In this document: one piece after another, positions 1 to 15,445 of the stretch
Layout: every line of letters begins with the position of its first letter
Position numbering within the stretch: the stretch's first letter is position 1
DNA from: Octopus vulgaris
Taxonomy: Eukaryota
Length of the DNA: 64,000 nucleotides
Direction: 5' to 3'
Assembly (NCBI GenBank): GCA_951406725.2
Contig: OX597822.1
Location: 36,952,001 to 37,016,000 of the forward strand
Translations under genes and position numbers: made by a program
Notes under the pieces: model-generated
The model's database searches: none
What the model was told of the DNA's origin: nothing
What the model saw: the letters and a program-made list of their open reading frames with translations, nothing else

Positions 1-673
1 CAGCTCTCATCAGGGTATACCCCAACTCACACATATCAATAATGTCCTTGGCCTGTACCCTTATTAACAATAGCCATGACAGCTGTACCTTCACCTTCCC
101 TAATAGGAAGAGAGAAGTAGCAACATCATGAAGGGGTATGTCAGAACGACATTCAGAGTACAGTGTGGCCATCTATGACTATGTAAGCATCCCCACTGAG
201 ATCATTCTCAGGGAGGAGAGTGTTTCGTCTATTTGGACAATCTACAGGATGAAAAACAAAACCCTTCAAGGGAGTCAACAGCCATCCAAATACTACACTT
301 ATTATTATTATTATTAATAGTGTTGGTGGTGCTATTGCTATTATTATAATAAATCATGGAACCCTGTACTACTGCATAGTGATGGTAACAATAATAATAA
401 TTACACAGAGGCCATAAAGTAACCAAGGTGGCCCTTGGCAGGATTGGGAGGAGAGCCATTTTAGCCTTGCTGGCAGCTTGTTAAAGATGGTGTCTGAATA
501 ATAACAGTAATGGTTGTGTCAATATATCACAACATTCCTCTTTATGAGTATAATGGGAGATGAAGATTTATGTCACAACTACATTTAATGTGATTGAACT
601 TCCCCCACCTCCTTTGATAATGGTTAAAACTAAACATAAAAAAAAAAATTTACAAAACAATAGTAAGACATAC

Positions 674-785
674 TTCTTGGAGTTCTGAACGACTCATCGT
701 ACTAGCCATTTGGAGATAGCACTTGATTTGCTGTCGTATCTTCTGGAAACAGTCCACAATGGGCACTGTCGGGATTGTGTGGATC
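674..785 (-). CDS. TRRAP: TRRAP exon w51
   Basis: IHTIPTVPIVDCFQKIRQQIKCYLQMASTMSRSELQE; cag/gtatgt. Confidence 0.96.
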
Positions 786-3700
786 CTGAAATGAAATAAT
801 TTAAATCTCTATGATTACATCTTGGAAATATAATTCATTACCATAAATTTTATACAAAGGAGGACACTAGAATATAAATTCCTTAACTGTCATATGCAAC
901 AGTGAAAGTAGTGGTATTAAAGGCGGCGAGCTGGCAGAAACGTTAGCATGCCGGGCGAAATGCTTAACGGTATTTCGTCTGTGTTACGTTGTGAGTTCAA
1001 ATTCCGTCGAAGTCGACTTTGCCTTTCATCCTTTCGGGGTCAATAAATTAAGTACCAGTTACACACTGGGGTCGATGTAATCGACTTAATACCTATATCT
1101 GTCCTTGTTTGTCCCCTCTGTGTTTAGCCCCTTGTGGGTAATAAAGAAATAGGTATTAAAGTAGCTGAGTAATACACTGGTATTGTGCAACTGAGCAGAA
1201 CACTTTAGTCTACATGACCTCAGTTCACTCAGCTGCTTGGCAAAAATATTTAGTGTCAGAATATATGTTGAGGGTAGCTTGTGACAGACTGGTGTTCTAC
1301 CCCAAAGGAGATTATTTATCTCCTTGCCAGTTTACAAAATGAATCTGGAACTGAGTACCATTTCTAATTTATTAGTGTAATATGTAGAAATTTTGTTTAG
1401 GTTACAACCCAAATGACTCAAGCATTATTAAGCAGATGCTGGAACATAATGTAACAGGAAATTTTAGTAGGAAATTATAATTCAGATCACTTTAAAACAG
1501 GAAGTTTGTACCAGAGAATGAAGGGTAGTCTTGGGCAGATTGGAATCAAAATAGTTAACCCTTTAGTATTCAGATTTTTCTGTCAAATGTAAAGCTTGTT
1601 TATTCACATCAATTCAAATTAATTAGGCATTATCTCATATCTTTAGGAATTCAATAATGTGATTGTCGCGGCAGATATCGGTGTCATGCAAATTGGCATG
1701 TAAAAGCAACCCAGTGTCATGCAAATGGCACCTGTGCCAGTGGCATGTAAAAGCACCCACTACACTCTTGGAGTGGTTGGCATTAGGAAGGGCATCCAGC
1801 CATAGAAAACCATGACAAATCAGACAGGAGTCTGGTGCAGCCTTCCAACCTGGTCAAACCATCCAATCCATGTCAGCATGGACAACGGATGTTAAATGAT
1901 GATGATGGCTGTTGCATTTTTAGAATGACATTGCAGGGTAGGTGTAAGAGATAAAATCTGGCTGGTTGAACATAAAACAGATAAATTATTTGGGCTGGAT
2001 ATGGCTGGTTTAAATACTAAAGAGTTAAACAACTGCCACCTGACATAAAGAATCCTGGAAAACTGTAAGTAAAACAGTTAAATAATGCAAAAATCAATAA
2101 TAAACATCAAGCTATACATACCTATTTAATGAGTCTATACAAACGCTGGTTAAATTATGTTTGCGGGCGATCTTACCAAAATGGATGATAGCAAGAGCAG
2201 AATGATGGACCCCCAGCATGGAATGGTTACTGTGTTGCTGAAACAAATGCAAAAAAATTAATGACTTTTTGAAAAATAAAAACAGAAGAAAAAAGGGAAA
2301 CATGGATATGAGTTTTCTTTTTTGCAAGGGGATTGCAACTGTACTATAGTTAAAAGGATATCTCAGTGAGAAACAGGGACAAACAGGTGTAAGTGAGAGA
2401 TGAAACTGGATCAATGGGCACAGCATAAGTGCAGTTTTGTGGCCCAGAGATAGAACCTATTTTTTTCTCTCTTTCTGAAAGTAGGACAAACTTAGGATGC
2501 TGTAGTAAAAGCATCCATAACTTTAGACTTGTCTCCTTCACAACCACCATCATCTGGTCAAGCTTGCTTGGACATTCCTCACAATATAAAATATATTTCA
2601 CTGCTTAAAACTATTTGTATCATTTTTTTATTTTAATGCAGAATATTAGGGATAGGTGCAGCCACATAGGTGTGGCTGTGTGGTTGAGAAGTTTGTGTAA
2701 TAACCACATAGTTCTGGGTTCAGTCCTACTGTATGTCAACTTAGGCAAGTGTTGTGTTTTCTACTATAAACCCATGCCAACAAAAGCCTAGTGAATGAAT
2801 TTGGTAGATGGAAACTGTCTGACCCATGAAAGCATGGAGAAGTATCTCAACTATATGCAGGTTCAATCCTTACTGGTTACTCAATATTAAGCCCTATGTT
2901 ATTTGTAAACTAATGGTCAGTAAAGACAAGGTGTTTTGTTATGAAGCGGGAAAGAGACGAAAACTATTCTTACTTCTTGCTGGGTGTGCGTGTCATGGTT
3001 GGTTATGATGAACTGGTAATGGTGCTGCCTCCAGGTAAAGATGTCACTCCAATGTGACATATTGTCTGAAATCATTGGTAGACGATTCCTGCAACAAAAG
3101 CAACATTAGAGACACATTAGATGGTGTTGGTGTATATCTACACAAATGTAAATATGTAAAATAAAACAATCACATACGCATTTCAAAGTTAGAAGAAACA
3201 AACACACAATAATAAAAAAAAAAGATGACAGAGACAGATCAACTGGTGTTGGAGTATGTTTGTGTTTGCATAATTAGTAACAAACAGACAGTATACAAAA
3301 ATACAAAAATATAAACTGATCCTACTAAGAACTAAGGCACCGACACCCAGGCACTTTAAAGATAAAAAGGCAACACACACACGCACACATATACATATGT
3401 ACTTACAGATACTCATTGAGTTCAGATAGATATGTACACAGAAACGTGAACAGAGATTTTATAATCAAACAGAACCACTCACCTCCAAGTTTTCACAATA
3501 GCTTTCAGATCATGTAAAGATGAGCTGCGATTGATGTTGGCTGGCTGGAGACCTTGGTTAATTTGAGCAGCCTCTTGTAATTCCATTATTTGCTGGGCAG
3601 CCTAATGAAAAGAACCACAAAAAAATGTAAAATCATTTAAATTTTCAATTCATTTATTATTAGATAGGACGCTAAATGATGATGATAGTGATGATTATTC

Positions 3701-5856
3701 CTGCAGCCTTTTACCAGAGAGTATTCAAGAAGAAGGCAGCCGAAAAAAAAAAAGCTGCTGGAGTCCCTCACCTGTAGCAGAGGTACGTGAACATTTGAAA
3801 CAATCCTAGGGAGTCGCCGCCATTCCTTTATTGCCAAATTACTGGCAACTTCAACCATTTTCTCAATCTGTTAAGATGTAAAAGAGAAACTCAGTGAGAA
3901 AAGGAGACAGAGAGAGAAACAGTCAGAAAAACATAGAGAGAGAGAGAGAAAAGGAGGTGAGATAATTATGAAGCAATACAATGAAGAAGCTTTTAAATCT
4001 AACATACAGAGAGGGAGACCCAACTATAGCATAGTGTTACAATGTTGAAAATTAGAAAAACTACCCAAATATACACAATTTAATTTTTAGCTTATGGATT
4101 TCATTTAAAAATTTCTCCTTTATACATTGTTGATACAAGAACAAAACACACACACATATCAAGCAAATACATGATTGCTATTAAATGTAATTAAAACTGA
4201 ACATTTCTTTCTTTCATTTATGAAATGTCAGTCAATAACGATATAGTGAAATTGGTAATAATTAATAGAAATAATAATAATAATCCTTTCTACTATAAGC
4301 ACAAGGCCTAAAATTCTGGTGGGGAGGGGGGGGACAGTTGATTACACTGACTCTGAAAAATGGATGAAAGGAAAAGTCAACCTTGGTGGGATTTAAGCTC
4401 AGAACGTAAAGGCAAGCGAAATGTTGCTATGCATTTTATCCACCACTGTAACAAGTCTGCTAGCACACTGCCTTATTATTATTATTATTAGCAGCAGCAG
4501 TATTTGTTGTAGCCCATATCTTGGTATAAAAGATGGGTTTTTAGCAAATATTCTGCTCAATATCAGATTTGCTTGTTGGCATTAGGTAAAACATCCAGCT
4601 ACAGAAACCATGTCTAAGCAGACACTGGGGCTTGGCACAGTCTTCTGGCTCACCAGCTTCTGTCAAACTGTCCAACTCATGCCAGTATGAAAAGAAGGAT
4701 GTTAAATAATGACAATGATGATGGCAATCACAACTATTCCTGCAAAACCCCCAAAATAACATCAAAAGTAACATGGGGGGGAAGATCAAGCACTTCTTCG
4801 CTCAAAAATGAAAGGAAATAAAACAAACACACCAAACTTACAGTATTCATAAAATTTCCTGTGTGTTCATCAGGGTGGCAAATGGTGATGTATCCTTTGT
4901 AGAGATTCATCTTCCATGCAAGCTCCTTAGGACAGTTTATCTCCACCTAAAATGAAACAATAACAAAATAGAAAAGAGGTACATTTTCTCGTTTTACTAA
5001 TCTGATGTATCATACACAACCCCGAACTTCTTGCCCACATAGCCATATCTCACTTCAACAATCTGATTCATTTATAAACCTCATCCCCATCATTCAAGAA
5101 TCCTTATAAACAGCCTCACCTGTGCAAGAGCATCTTTCATAAGAGTCCAGTTTGGAATTCTCCAAGCACTCTCTAATACCAAATGGGGATTGGTATTTCC
5201 TTTAGAACTTGAGAAATCTTGTATTGCATCCCATTGGTTCAGCTCTTTGGCACAACGGATCCAATGATCTTCCCACAGGCGATACTCTGGGAGTACTGCA
5301 GGGGAGGCAGGAGTAGTATTATGCTCAGCACGAGCCTTTGACATCACCTGGGCAACAGAAAAAAGACAAGAGATTAACATTACGATGTTACCAACTGATA
5401 TATGTGCATGATTATTCATCATACATACCTGAAATCTCTGATGATGCATAGAAATAATAACTTACCTGAAGACTCTGTGCATCAACAGCTGAAAGTAGCA
5501 AGAGACTGACTTGACCAAGCTAAAAATATTAATCTCTTCCATGGAATCAAGTACTCTTTTATCTGACAGTCAAACTAAATATATATATATACATATATAT
5601 CAATAATAATAAAAGGGTAAAATTAATTAATTAATTAATAATTAATAATTTTACCAAGTAGTTCGGTACGTTAAAATAACCTTTTTGGGTAATATTATAC
5701 AAATATTCTATAATTATAATTATAATTATAATCAGGGGTCAGCTAATTGCTTCGCCACACACCAAATTTAGAAATAGCAGTTAAAATACTTTTTCCACTA
5801 CCATAAATATCTCCCAGATAGTAACACACTTTTTTTATGCTTATAATTATAGAATA

Positions 5857-5901
<45 letters not shown>

Positions 5902-6119
5902 TTATGGGCAAGTGGTCCTTACAGAAATAACCAAAGCTTAACATTAAGTACAAGGAATTCTCAATAGGTGTTCTGAGCAACTGCAGTCCCTATGAGCATA
6001 TATGTATACAATTATGTGCTTTCCCTACAGCATTAGAGCACGTTAGCTCTTATTTCTAGCAATGTAGGTGTCCTGACACCCTTAGTCACATTTAGTGGCA
6101 ATTATATTTTTTCCTTATG

Positions 6120-6155
<36 letters not shown>

Positions 6156-7286
6156 AGGGAAAAACAGGAAGAAAATAAAGGATTATTGGATGTAATTACT
6201 AATTTATCTGTATGCTACAAAAAGATGACATTTAAAAAAAAATAACAGTACAAATAAATTGATTAAAAGTTGAAAGCTGAAGAAAAATGAATTAAGATTA
6301 AAAAGAAAAGAAAAAGCTTTCAACTTCTAATCAATTTATTTGTAATGTTATCTTTATTTAAAAATGTCATCTTTTTGTAACATACAAATAAATTAGTAAT
6401 TACATCCATTTATTCTCCATTTACCCCTTGTTTTTCCCCCAATACTGATAATTTTAATAATCCTGAACATACATCAATGACTTTTGCATTATATGATATG
6501 GATTAAACCATTGGAATACCTTGGATTATATATATTTCTTTACTACCCACAAGGGGCCAAACATAGAGGGGACAGACAAAAGGATTAAGTTGACTACATC
6601 GACCCCAGTGCGAAACTGGTACTCTATTTATCGACTCCGAAAGAATGAAAAGCAAAGTCGACCTCGGCGGAATTTGAACTCAGAACGTAACGACAGACGA
6701 AATACCACTAAGCATTTTGCTCAGCACGCTAACGTTTTTGCCAGCTCGCCACCTTGGATTATATAATCCCTAATGAGGATATGACTTCCTCGAACTAACT
6801 GTACACGCACACAAACAAACATACGCGCGTGTGTGCATGAAATTTTCTCCTTCAAGTAGAAAAAGAAAGAAAACTTACTGATTCATAAACGAGCTGTGCC
6901 TGTTCAAAAAATCCATGTTGTTCATAAGCAATGGCTACAGCTGTATCTGGATATTTGCATCGTTTCTGCCACAATCCTGTCCACATGTCGTCCTCATGTA
7001 GTAGGGAGTAAAGATCACAGAGTGCATCTAGGGTCTCCTGAAATCAAAGACAGGTTCAACATTTTATAGGGCAAGAATTAGTCAAAACAAAACAAAATGT
7101 ACCTTGCAGTAAATTAGCTACACCACTAACGTTACCACAACCTCCTAAATCTGTGTCATTTAGTCTAACACAACCATCTGATAATCTTCAAAGTTAGAAA
7201 CAGATTGAGATTTTGTACCCTTTGGTTAGCCTACATTACTCTATAAGGAACAAGAGCATAGGGCCGGTTCCCTGGTGTCTCTGATC

Positions 7287-7333
<47 letters not shown>

Positions 7334-10300
7334 CTCCCTGGATGGGATGCTGGTCCATTGCAGGATTATTCGTTTTTACCAGTTAAGGGGATTGCAGCAA
7401 CATGAAATGAGGTGTTTTGTTCAAGAACACAATGCATCACCTGGTCCAGGAATTGAAACCACAATCTAACAATCAGGAGTCCAACACCCTAACCTCTAAG
7501 CCATGCACCTCCACACTGTCACCCTTTGGACAACAAGAACTTTTCACTTAATCTCTAGAGGCCCTCCCTGGGTTGCAACCGTCATACCTTAATGCAGTAA
7601 TGGGTTTACTCAAATAAGGAAGTGAACCCTCCATAGTTTTTTTTACAGGATATCCAGGATTGATGTAGGGATGAAACCAAAGATTTAATCTGAATGTTAG
7701 CCAGATTTTATGCCACTACCTAGTCTTTTGAATGTCTTACATACAAATCACTATTGCAAACACTTGGATCAGATCTCTGGTTCCCTACTTAACTAGGGCT
7801 TTTCCTGTAGTTATTCAAGGTTGGTAATACTTGTCTGGAAAGAGGATCTACATACAACATGGGCAAGTGCACCTCTTTTCTTACCTAAAAATATCATAGC
7901 AGCATCCTGGAGCTCACAATTATGTCAACTTGAACTACTGTTTGGTAGTTCATTGTTAACAGTCGCTGTAGATAATAAAGTTGGTGGTGATGGTGATGAT
8001 GATGAAGTGGTGGCTGTTGTTTAGTTGCAAGGTAACACTGATTCAACAGACCTTTGACTGAAGACATTCCAATTCTCCCCGTGTAGTTCTAGATACTCTG
8101 TAATTTCAGAGGTATCTAGAACTGTCATTAACGAATATGTCTTTCTTTTTAAGACAGTGCTGCGTGATTTCAGGGAAATTTGGCTGTTATTTCTAGCACA
8201 TGAAGTCACCACAATGATGATGATAGAAATTATGATGGCAACAGTGATTTCAATGATGAAAGGATTTCTACAGTGGCGTCTGTCTGTCTCTCTCTCTCTC
8301 TCTCTCAAATAGTTAACAAACATTAAGAAGCAAGACAACTCAGTTTACCTGGTGTGGATTTGTGACAGTCTCAAATTCATATTCGCTAGCAGGTCGATTC
8401 TTCAAAACTGCTGTTGTTGTTGGACCATTTTCCGATGCCATTTGTTCCAACACAAGACAGGCTCGGTGCCAGAGGTTATGAGTTCGGCCCATATACTTCA
8501 GAGGAAATGATAAAAAAGAACAAAAGAAAACAAAAATGAAACATTAAAAAAAAAAAACAAGAATCATTCGCTTGGAATATGTAGGATGAGGAATGGAGGG
8601 AAGTTTGAGGAAATTGTTATCACACCCCACTTCTCACTTTCCAAAGTTCAGGGGTGGATCAAAGACCAATGATAAAAATATTCCCTTACCCAGAAGCTGT
8701 CAGGTCAGTGGGATTGGATAGAAATGAAGAAAAATAATAACTAGGTCATGATCCTGCTGGTGTTGATTAGCCCTAGGTCAGGCCAGACAGCACAAACGTG
8801 ATCAAAGGTGTTTTGGCTGTGATCATCCCATGATGGTGCTTTTTAAAGTCATGTAGCTCCTATACAGCAAGAAGCCTATTCTGTTCTGGCCCCTTCTCTT
8901 ATACTTTTACCCATCTTTTGCCCTTTGCTTCCTAGCTTACAATCACCCTTTCATGAGTTTGTAGTCTTGCAAACTGAATTATGGTCTCACTAGTGGTAGC
9001 GGTATGAAAAAACCCACCCAGTACACACTGTAAAATGGTTGATATTATGAAGGGCATCAAGCCATAGAAACCATGTTGAAACAGACACTGGAGCATGATG
9101 CAGTCCTTGGATCCATTGAATCCTATCAAACTGTATGAGCCATGCTGGTATGGAACATGGATATTAAATGACGATGATAATGATGAAGATCCTACATTGT
9201 CCAGTGTCATTCATCATCATCCTCATCATTTAAAGTCCGTTATCCATGCTGGCATGGGTTGGACGGTTTGACTGGGCTGGCATGCTGGAAGGCAGCGCCA
9301 GGCTCCAGTTTGATTTGGGATGGTTTTCTACTGCTGGATGCCCTTCCTAATGCCAACCACTCCAAGTGTGTAATGGATGCTTTTATGTGCAACTTGTGTG
9401 TCACCAGTATCTGCCACGACTATGATTTTGCTCAGCTTCATGGGTCTTCTTCTCAAGTACAACATAATGCCAACGGTCTTGGTCAATGCTTCCACTTGAA
9501 AGGAACTCGGCCACTTTCCCCTCATGAGGCCCAACGCTCAAAAGGAACTCAGCCATTTTGCCTCCATGAAGCCCAACGTTCAAAGGTTGAATTTTTACAT
9601 GCTACCAGCACAGGTGCACTTGGCTTGAAGGGGTCCTCTTTTTAACGTCATCATCTCCATGTTTTCACGGGTCAGATGAAAGTATGTTGGAACAGTGTTT
9701 TCTGTGACCAAACCCTACCTAATGCATCCCTTCATATTTAAGATGTAGATATTCACGTGAGGCATTTTGTCACTATTTCTAGAAGATTTAGCAATTATAT
9801 AGAGGCTATTACTGACACATGAAGTAGGATGGACATTCTTGCAAGGGTATTTATTATACCCTTATTATCTGTTGGTAAGTTGTTACTTAACCCCAGGTTA
9901 GTCCTGATCCAGCAGATCTATGATCAAAAAGATTTCATTCATGACCATCATGTCTTTTATTAACAATTATTGATTGAATTACTCAGACTAGAGGTGTCAA
10001 TAGCTAAAATGTCATGTATCTTAAGACTAGATTACTAATGTATCTTCCCTGCAAACAGAGAAGGAAACATGGTCAATGGTGAATACCAGAACATATAAAA
10101 ATAAAGTATGTATGTGTGTAAAATACAGGAATGTTACAGTAATTACTAATATGTCCTCTATTGCCACAAAAACAGATGTAATATACTTAAAATATGTACA
10201 CAGACACACACAGATAGGAATACACTGACAGATGAGACAAAAATATATACAGAGAAACAAAATTATTACTAAGCCCCAATCACCCAGTGAGACAACACAA

Positions 10301-13300
10301 CTACTTACCCGCAATACACATAGATATATACATACAAAAATTCTGTGGAGACAAAGATAAACAAACGCATACACAGACAGACAACATAGCTTTCTGTTCA
10401 CCAGACAAATTTTAAAAAAAACTAAATGAGATATTGTACTTACCCTCAACACCACAGGGCGAATAGGAATTGGAGGCACACACAAAGACAGAGACTCGAG
10501 GAAGGTGTGCATTGCACTAGGTTGGCAATCTTTCTGGACAACATGGCTTCCACTGGCTGAGAATGGAGCAAGTTCACCTGCCAATACCTGGGTAGCAAGA
10601 AAGAAGATCAAAGGTGAGAGCCTAATGACAACTGCTGACAAATAACAATAGGTGCACATACACTGCATCCCTACAAGAGATATACTAACACACCAGATAT
10701 GTAACAGGGCCTCTTTACACATGACACCAACTCAATAATTCGACCAACACAAACTACATTACTACCACTGCACCAACAATACCTTTGACAGACAATCCAA
10801 TAAAGGCTCACAGGCTAAAACTTCAAAGTCACAATCACTCCACCATTCTTCTTTTTGTAAAACTTCTATGGGGCTACCCTAAAGTGCTTAGCTTTATAGC
10901 ATCTCTTTAGACCCTAATGGCTGGTAGCCTATAACCTCCACTTTGAAGAGAGGTTATAGGCCACCAACCATTAGGGTCTGAAGAGAAGCTGTAAAGCCAA
11001 GTGCTTTATGGACATGAAATCCAGGGTAACCCCGTAGACCAGCCATAGCTATCTTTATCTAACACACACATATATATGAATATATCATCATATATGACTT
11101 TTACTTTAATTACATTGATCTACCTGTAACCAGACTGGGAGAATGCTGCAAATAAAAGCCCAAGATCTGCCATGTAATATCAGCCTGTTAATGAAGAGGA
11201 TACAAGCAGAAGCTTACCTGCTGTTGTTTTTCTGATAAAATCTTCCATATACGTGGGAAGAGGTCCATCCAGATGGAATGAGCCAGAGAGGTGGAGTTGT
11301 GACACAGCTGGGACAGAGCATTCAGGAATGTTGTCGTCTGGAAATAGAGATGTATATACTGAGATATGTATGGACATTAACGTGTGCTTGTAGGCAGGTA
11401 TGTGTACACAAGCATGTGTACATCTCGCCACTGCCACAACCATCATCATTAACACATATATTCCATATATATAAAAAAAAACATTAAAATTAGAGAGCGA
11501 GAGAATAACAAAAATTACAGAATGAAGTAAAAACACAGAATGTGGAATATCTTACAAGAAGAGGAAAAATTTATACAGAAAGACAGAAAAAAAAATCAAA
11601 ATCAGATACAAACAAGCTCCCTTCCTTATTCAACTAAACATCAGTATAGTTTCAACAATTACTGATGGAATTACTCAGACTAGAGGTGTCAATAGCTAAA
11701 ACTGTAGCTATAAAAGACATATATATATGTGTGTGTTTGTGTGTGTGTAGGATTAGTTTGGTTGTGTGCTTAAGACGCTCACATTGCAAGCATGTGGTTT
11801 CAGGTTCAATCCCACTGCATGGCACCTTTAGCAAGTGTTTTCTATTATAACACCACTAGGTCAGCCAATGCTTTGCAAGTGAATTTACTAGACAAAAACT
11901 ATGTGGAGGTCTGATGTGTGTCCCCATAACTTAGTGGTTCAGCAAAAGAAACCAATAGAATAAGTACAGACTTAAAAGAAATACCAGGGTCAATTTGTTT
12001 AACTAAACCCTTTCAGGTGGTGCTCCAGCATGTCTACAGTCTTATGACTGAAACAAGATAAAAGATACACACATATTTATAAACTTAGATAAATATATAT
12101 TTCACCCAATGTTGCCTGACTGGCTCCTGTGCCGGTGGCACATAAAAAACACCATTCGAGCCTGGTCATTGCCAATGCCACTAGACTGGCGCCTGTGCAG
12201 GTGCCATGTAAAAGCACCCACTACTCTCTCGGAGTGGTTGGCATTAGGAAGGGCATCCAGCAGTAGAAACATTGCCAGATCAGATTGGAGCCTGGTGCAG
12301 CCTTCTGGCTTGCCAGCCCTCAGTCAAACCATCCAACCCATGCCAGCATGGAAAGTGGACATTAAACGATGATGATGATGATTATTCCATCCTTTTATGC
12401 TCCCTTACTACACTAAGATAAGTTCTCACACTCCTAACCAGTTTTTATTAAAAGTTACTGCTCTCCTACACATATCAGAGGACCACATGTCAATCACACA
12501 TCCTATTTTGGCCTATTGCTATGGCTGGATGCCCTTCTGAACACCAACCTCCTTTTACAAAGTGTACTGAGTGCATTTTATCAAGGAAAAAAAACAAAAA
12601 GCCTTATTGAGTTTGTCTTGTGTCCCACAAAACTGAGGGAAGGGACTACATCCATTGTATCAACTCCCTACTGGAACTTACTTTACTAACCCTGAAAGGA
12701 TGAAAGGCAAAGTCAACATTGGTGGTGTTTGAACTCAAAATGTAAAGAGGCAGAGCAGATGCTGTTAGGCATTTTGTCCAGCACAGGCGACTGACAGCTC
12801 ACCGCCTTAAAGAAGAGGAGATAATAAAAATACATCTTACTTTGACTTCTCTCAACTGCTCTAGAAATAAGGACTGACGCTGTAAAAGTGCTGGAAGGTT
12901 TTGTTTCATTTCTTGATTGTCTCGTCTTTGATGATCTTTTGGAATGGATTCTTCACTTGGCACAGAATTCAATGCCATATCAATCTCCTCCTACAGTGAG
13001 AAAGACACAGTGAGAGTGAAAGCAAAACAAACATAAAAAGAGAAAGAGAGAGATATTAGAATACAATGGTGTATGTGTGTATGAAAGTTAGGGCAGTAGT
13101 AAAATAAAAATAATGTAATTAACCGTTTTGATACCAACCTGTCTGAAACCAGCTCAGGTTCTGAGTACAAATGCCTTGTTTTCATAAGTTTTGAATTAAA
13201 ATCTTCCACCAAACCTTAGTCACAATTTATGTTCCTAACACTAACTGAATGGTAACCAAGTTATTTTACTAAATTCTTTGTTATATTTAAAGTAATTGAA

Positions 13301-14380
13301 AAAAGCACAAAGTATCTCAAAATAAATACAGTAACAAAAGTGTTAATGTATTTGGTAGTACATAAAATGCACATTTTCCACCAAAAATGTCCCTTAAAAA
13401 AAAAAAATCAACCAAGGTCCTTTTTGTGAAGTTAGGGCTATATTACAGACTAAAGCCTGTAATATAAAAACTGTCTTTCTCAAATATGCACTGCTGCAAT
13501 TGGGATGTCTCTTGTGTGTTTTTTATTCCATTAAATACATTATTTACATGTGTGTGTATATACACAAACACTAATAAACATAGAATTCAATCAAGCAATT
13601 GTAATAAGTCACAATAACAAAGAACTTCTGGTTTCAGAGCAAGGAGACTTAATATTCACTGTATTGTTAGAGGATGATTAAATGTTGGGACTTATCTCAG
13701 AGAAAACTCGTATACACATGTACCTGTGCACAAGCATATGTGTGTGTGTGTTTGTAAAATATTGAGAAGGTCCTTACCTCGTCTTTGTTGCCATCAACAA
13801 CGTCCATATCAACAGTTTCTTCTTTCATTTTGAGAATTGTTGAGAAAGCAGCTCGTTCCTGGCTGTCAGCCATGTTGATTACTGAACATATTGATGGTAG
13901 AAGGCTCATTGGAGATAAACTTTGAATGGGTTGGTTAGGGACAGCTACAGCCAAGAGTAGCTAGAAATAAAGAATACATTAATAATAAAGAACAACGGCC
14001 ACAACAAAAATAATAATAATAATCTTTTTTACTATAAGCAAAAAGTTTGAAATGTTGGGGGGGGTTTAGTCAACTACTTTGACCCTAGAACTTCACTGGT
14101 ATTTATTTCATCAACCCTGTTGGAATTTGAACTCAGAACATAAAGACAGATGAAATGCCGCTAAGCATTTTGCCCAGTGTGGGCCTGAAATGTTGGGGGC
14201 GGAGTTTATCAGATTACAATCGACACCAGTGCCCAGCTGGTACTTATTCTCAAGGAATGTGAAAAGTAAAGTCACTTTATGCAGAATTTAAAGGACAAAA
14301 TGCTTTGTGGCATTTTATCTGGCATGCTAACAGTTCTACCAGCACATTGCGGTAGCAGCAGCAGCAGCAACGACAACGAC

Positions 14381-14416
<36 letters not shown>

Positions 14417-15285
14417 AACAACAACAACAACAACAACAACAATACATTTCTGATCTAGACATAAGGCAAGAAACTTTGAAGGGGAATGGTTTGTCAAAGT
14501 CATCAACTTAGGTGCTGAACTAATACTTTATATTACTGACCCCAAAAGGATAAAAGGTGAAAATGATTGGTGGGATTTGAACTCAGAAAATGAACAGTTA
14601 GAAGGATTATTGGTTTCAAATTTTGGAATAGGGCCAGCTATTTTTAGGGGAGGGGCTAAGTCAATTACTTTAACCCCAGTGATCCACATACTCAAAGTGC
14701 TGTGAATGGAATCTAATCTGAAACCAAATACTTGTGAAGCAAACCCTACAGCAATATCTTGCAGGTTTTCAATCCATTTTACCTTGGACAGGATAGGCTT
14801 TTGTAAAAATTTATATTTTTACAATTGAATGTCTTTAGTATGTTCTAACTGTTCAAACCACGTAACTGAGAGAGGAGCCTATTTTCATCTGTCTCATTAA
14901 TTGCTGCGAGAGGTAATTAAAGCAAGTAAGTTTTAAACACATGACCATCCACCTCCTTGACTGAAATCACAAAGCCATACTGGAACCATCAACTAAATTT
15001 GGTATGTTTAACATAGAATTATAATTATGTTGACATTGACTGGAGTCAAGAGAAAAGAGGTTGATAGGAAGAACAGAAAACATTCACCTTACCTCAATAC
15101 ATTGTTTGATCCAATAGTGGCCTTGCATGTGCTCCCAGTTCTGAGAGCAGCTGATATACAAGAGACGATCAAATATACGTCTTCTCATACTTTTATCAAA
15201 TACCTACAAAAGAGGAGAGTAAATGTAAACAACACAAGATAGCACATACACTATACATACATGTACACACACATGTACGTGTGTG

Positions 15286-15343
<58 letters not shown>

Positions 15344-15396
15344 GGTTAGTCCACATTATTCCATAAGGATCATAGGGCTGATTTCCCAGTTTCTCT

Positions 15397-15445
<49 letters not shown>

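Noticed and set aside
1-25. Minus-strand CTGATGAG hammerhead core
   Set aside because: Cut by the window edge; GAAA and stems cannot be checked.
8496-8498. Non-canonical splice sites at w43 and w21
   Set aside because: These are AAG acceptors, less common but still canonical AG; no U12-type or GC donors were needed in the model.
14277-14462. Cys/Arg-rich protamine-like ORF
   Set aside because: Translation of a compound trinucleotide microsatellite.
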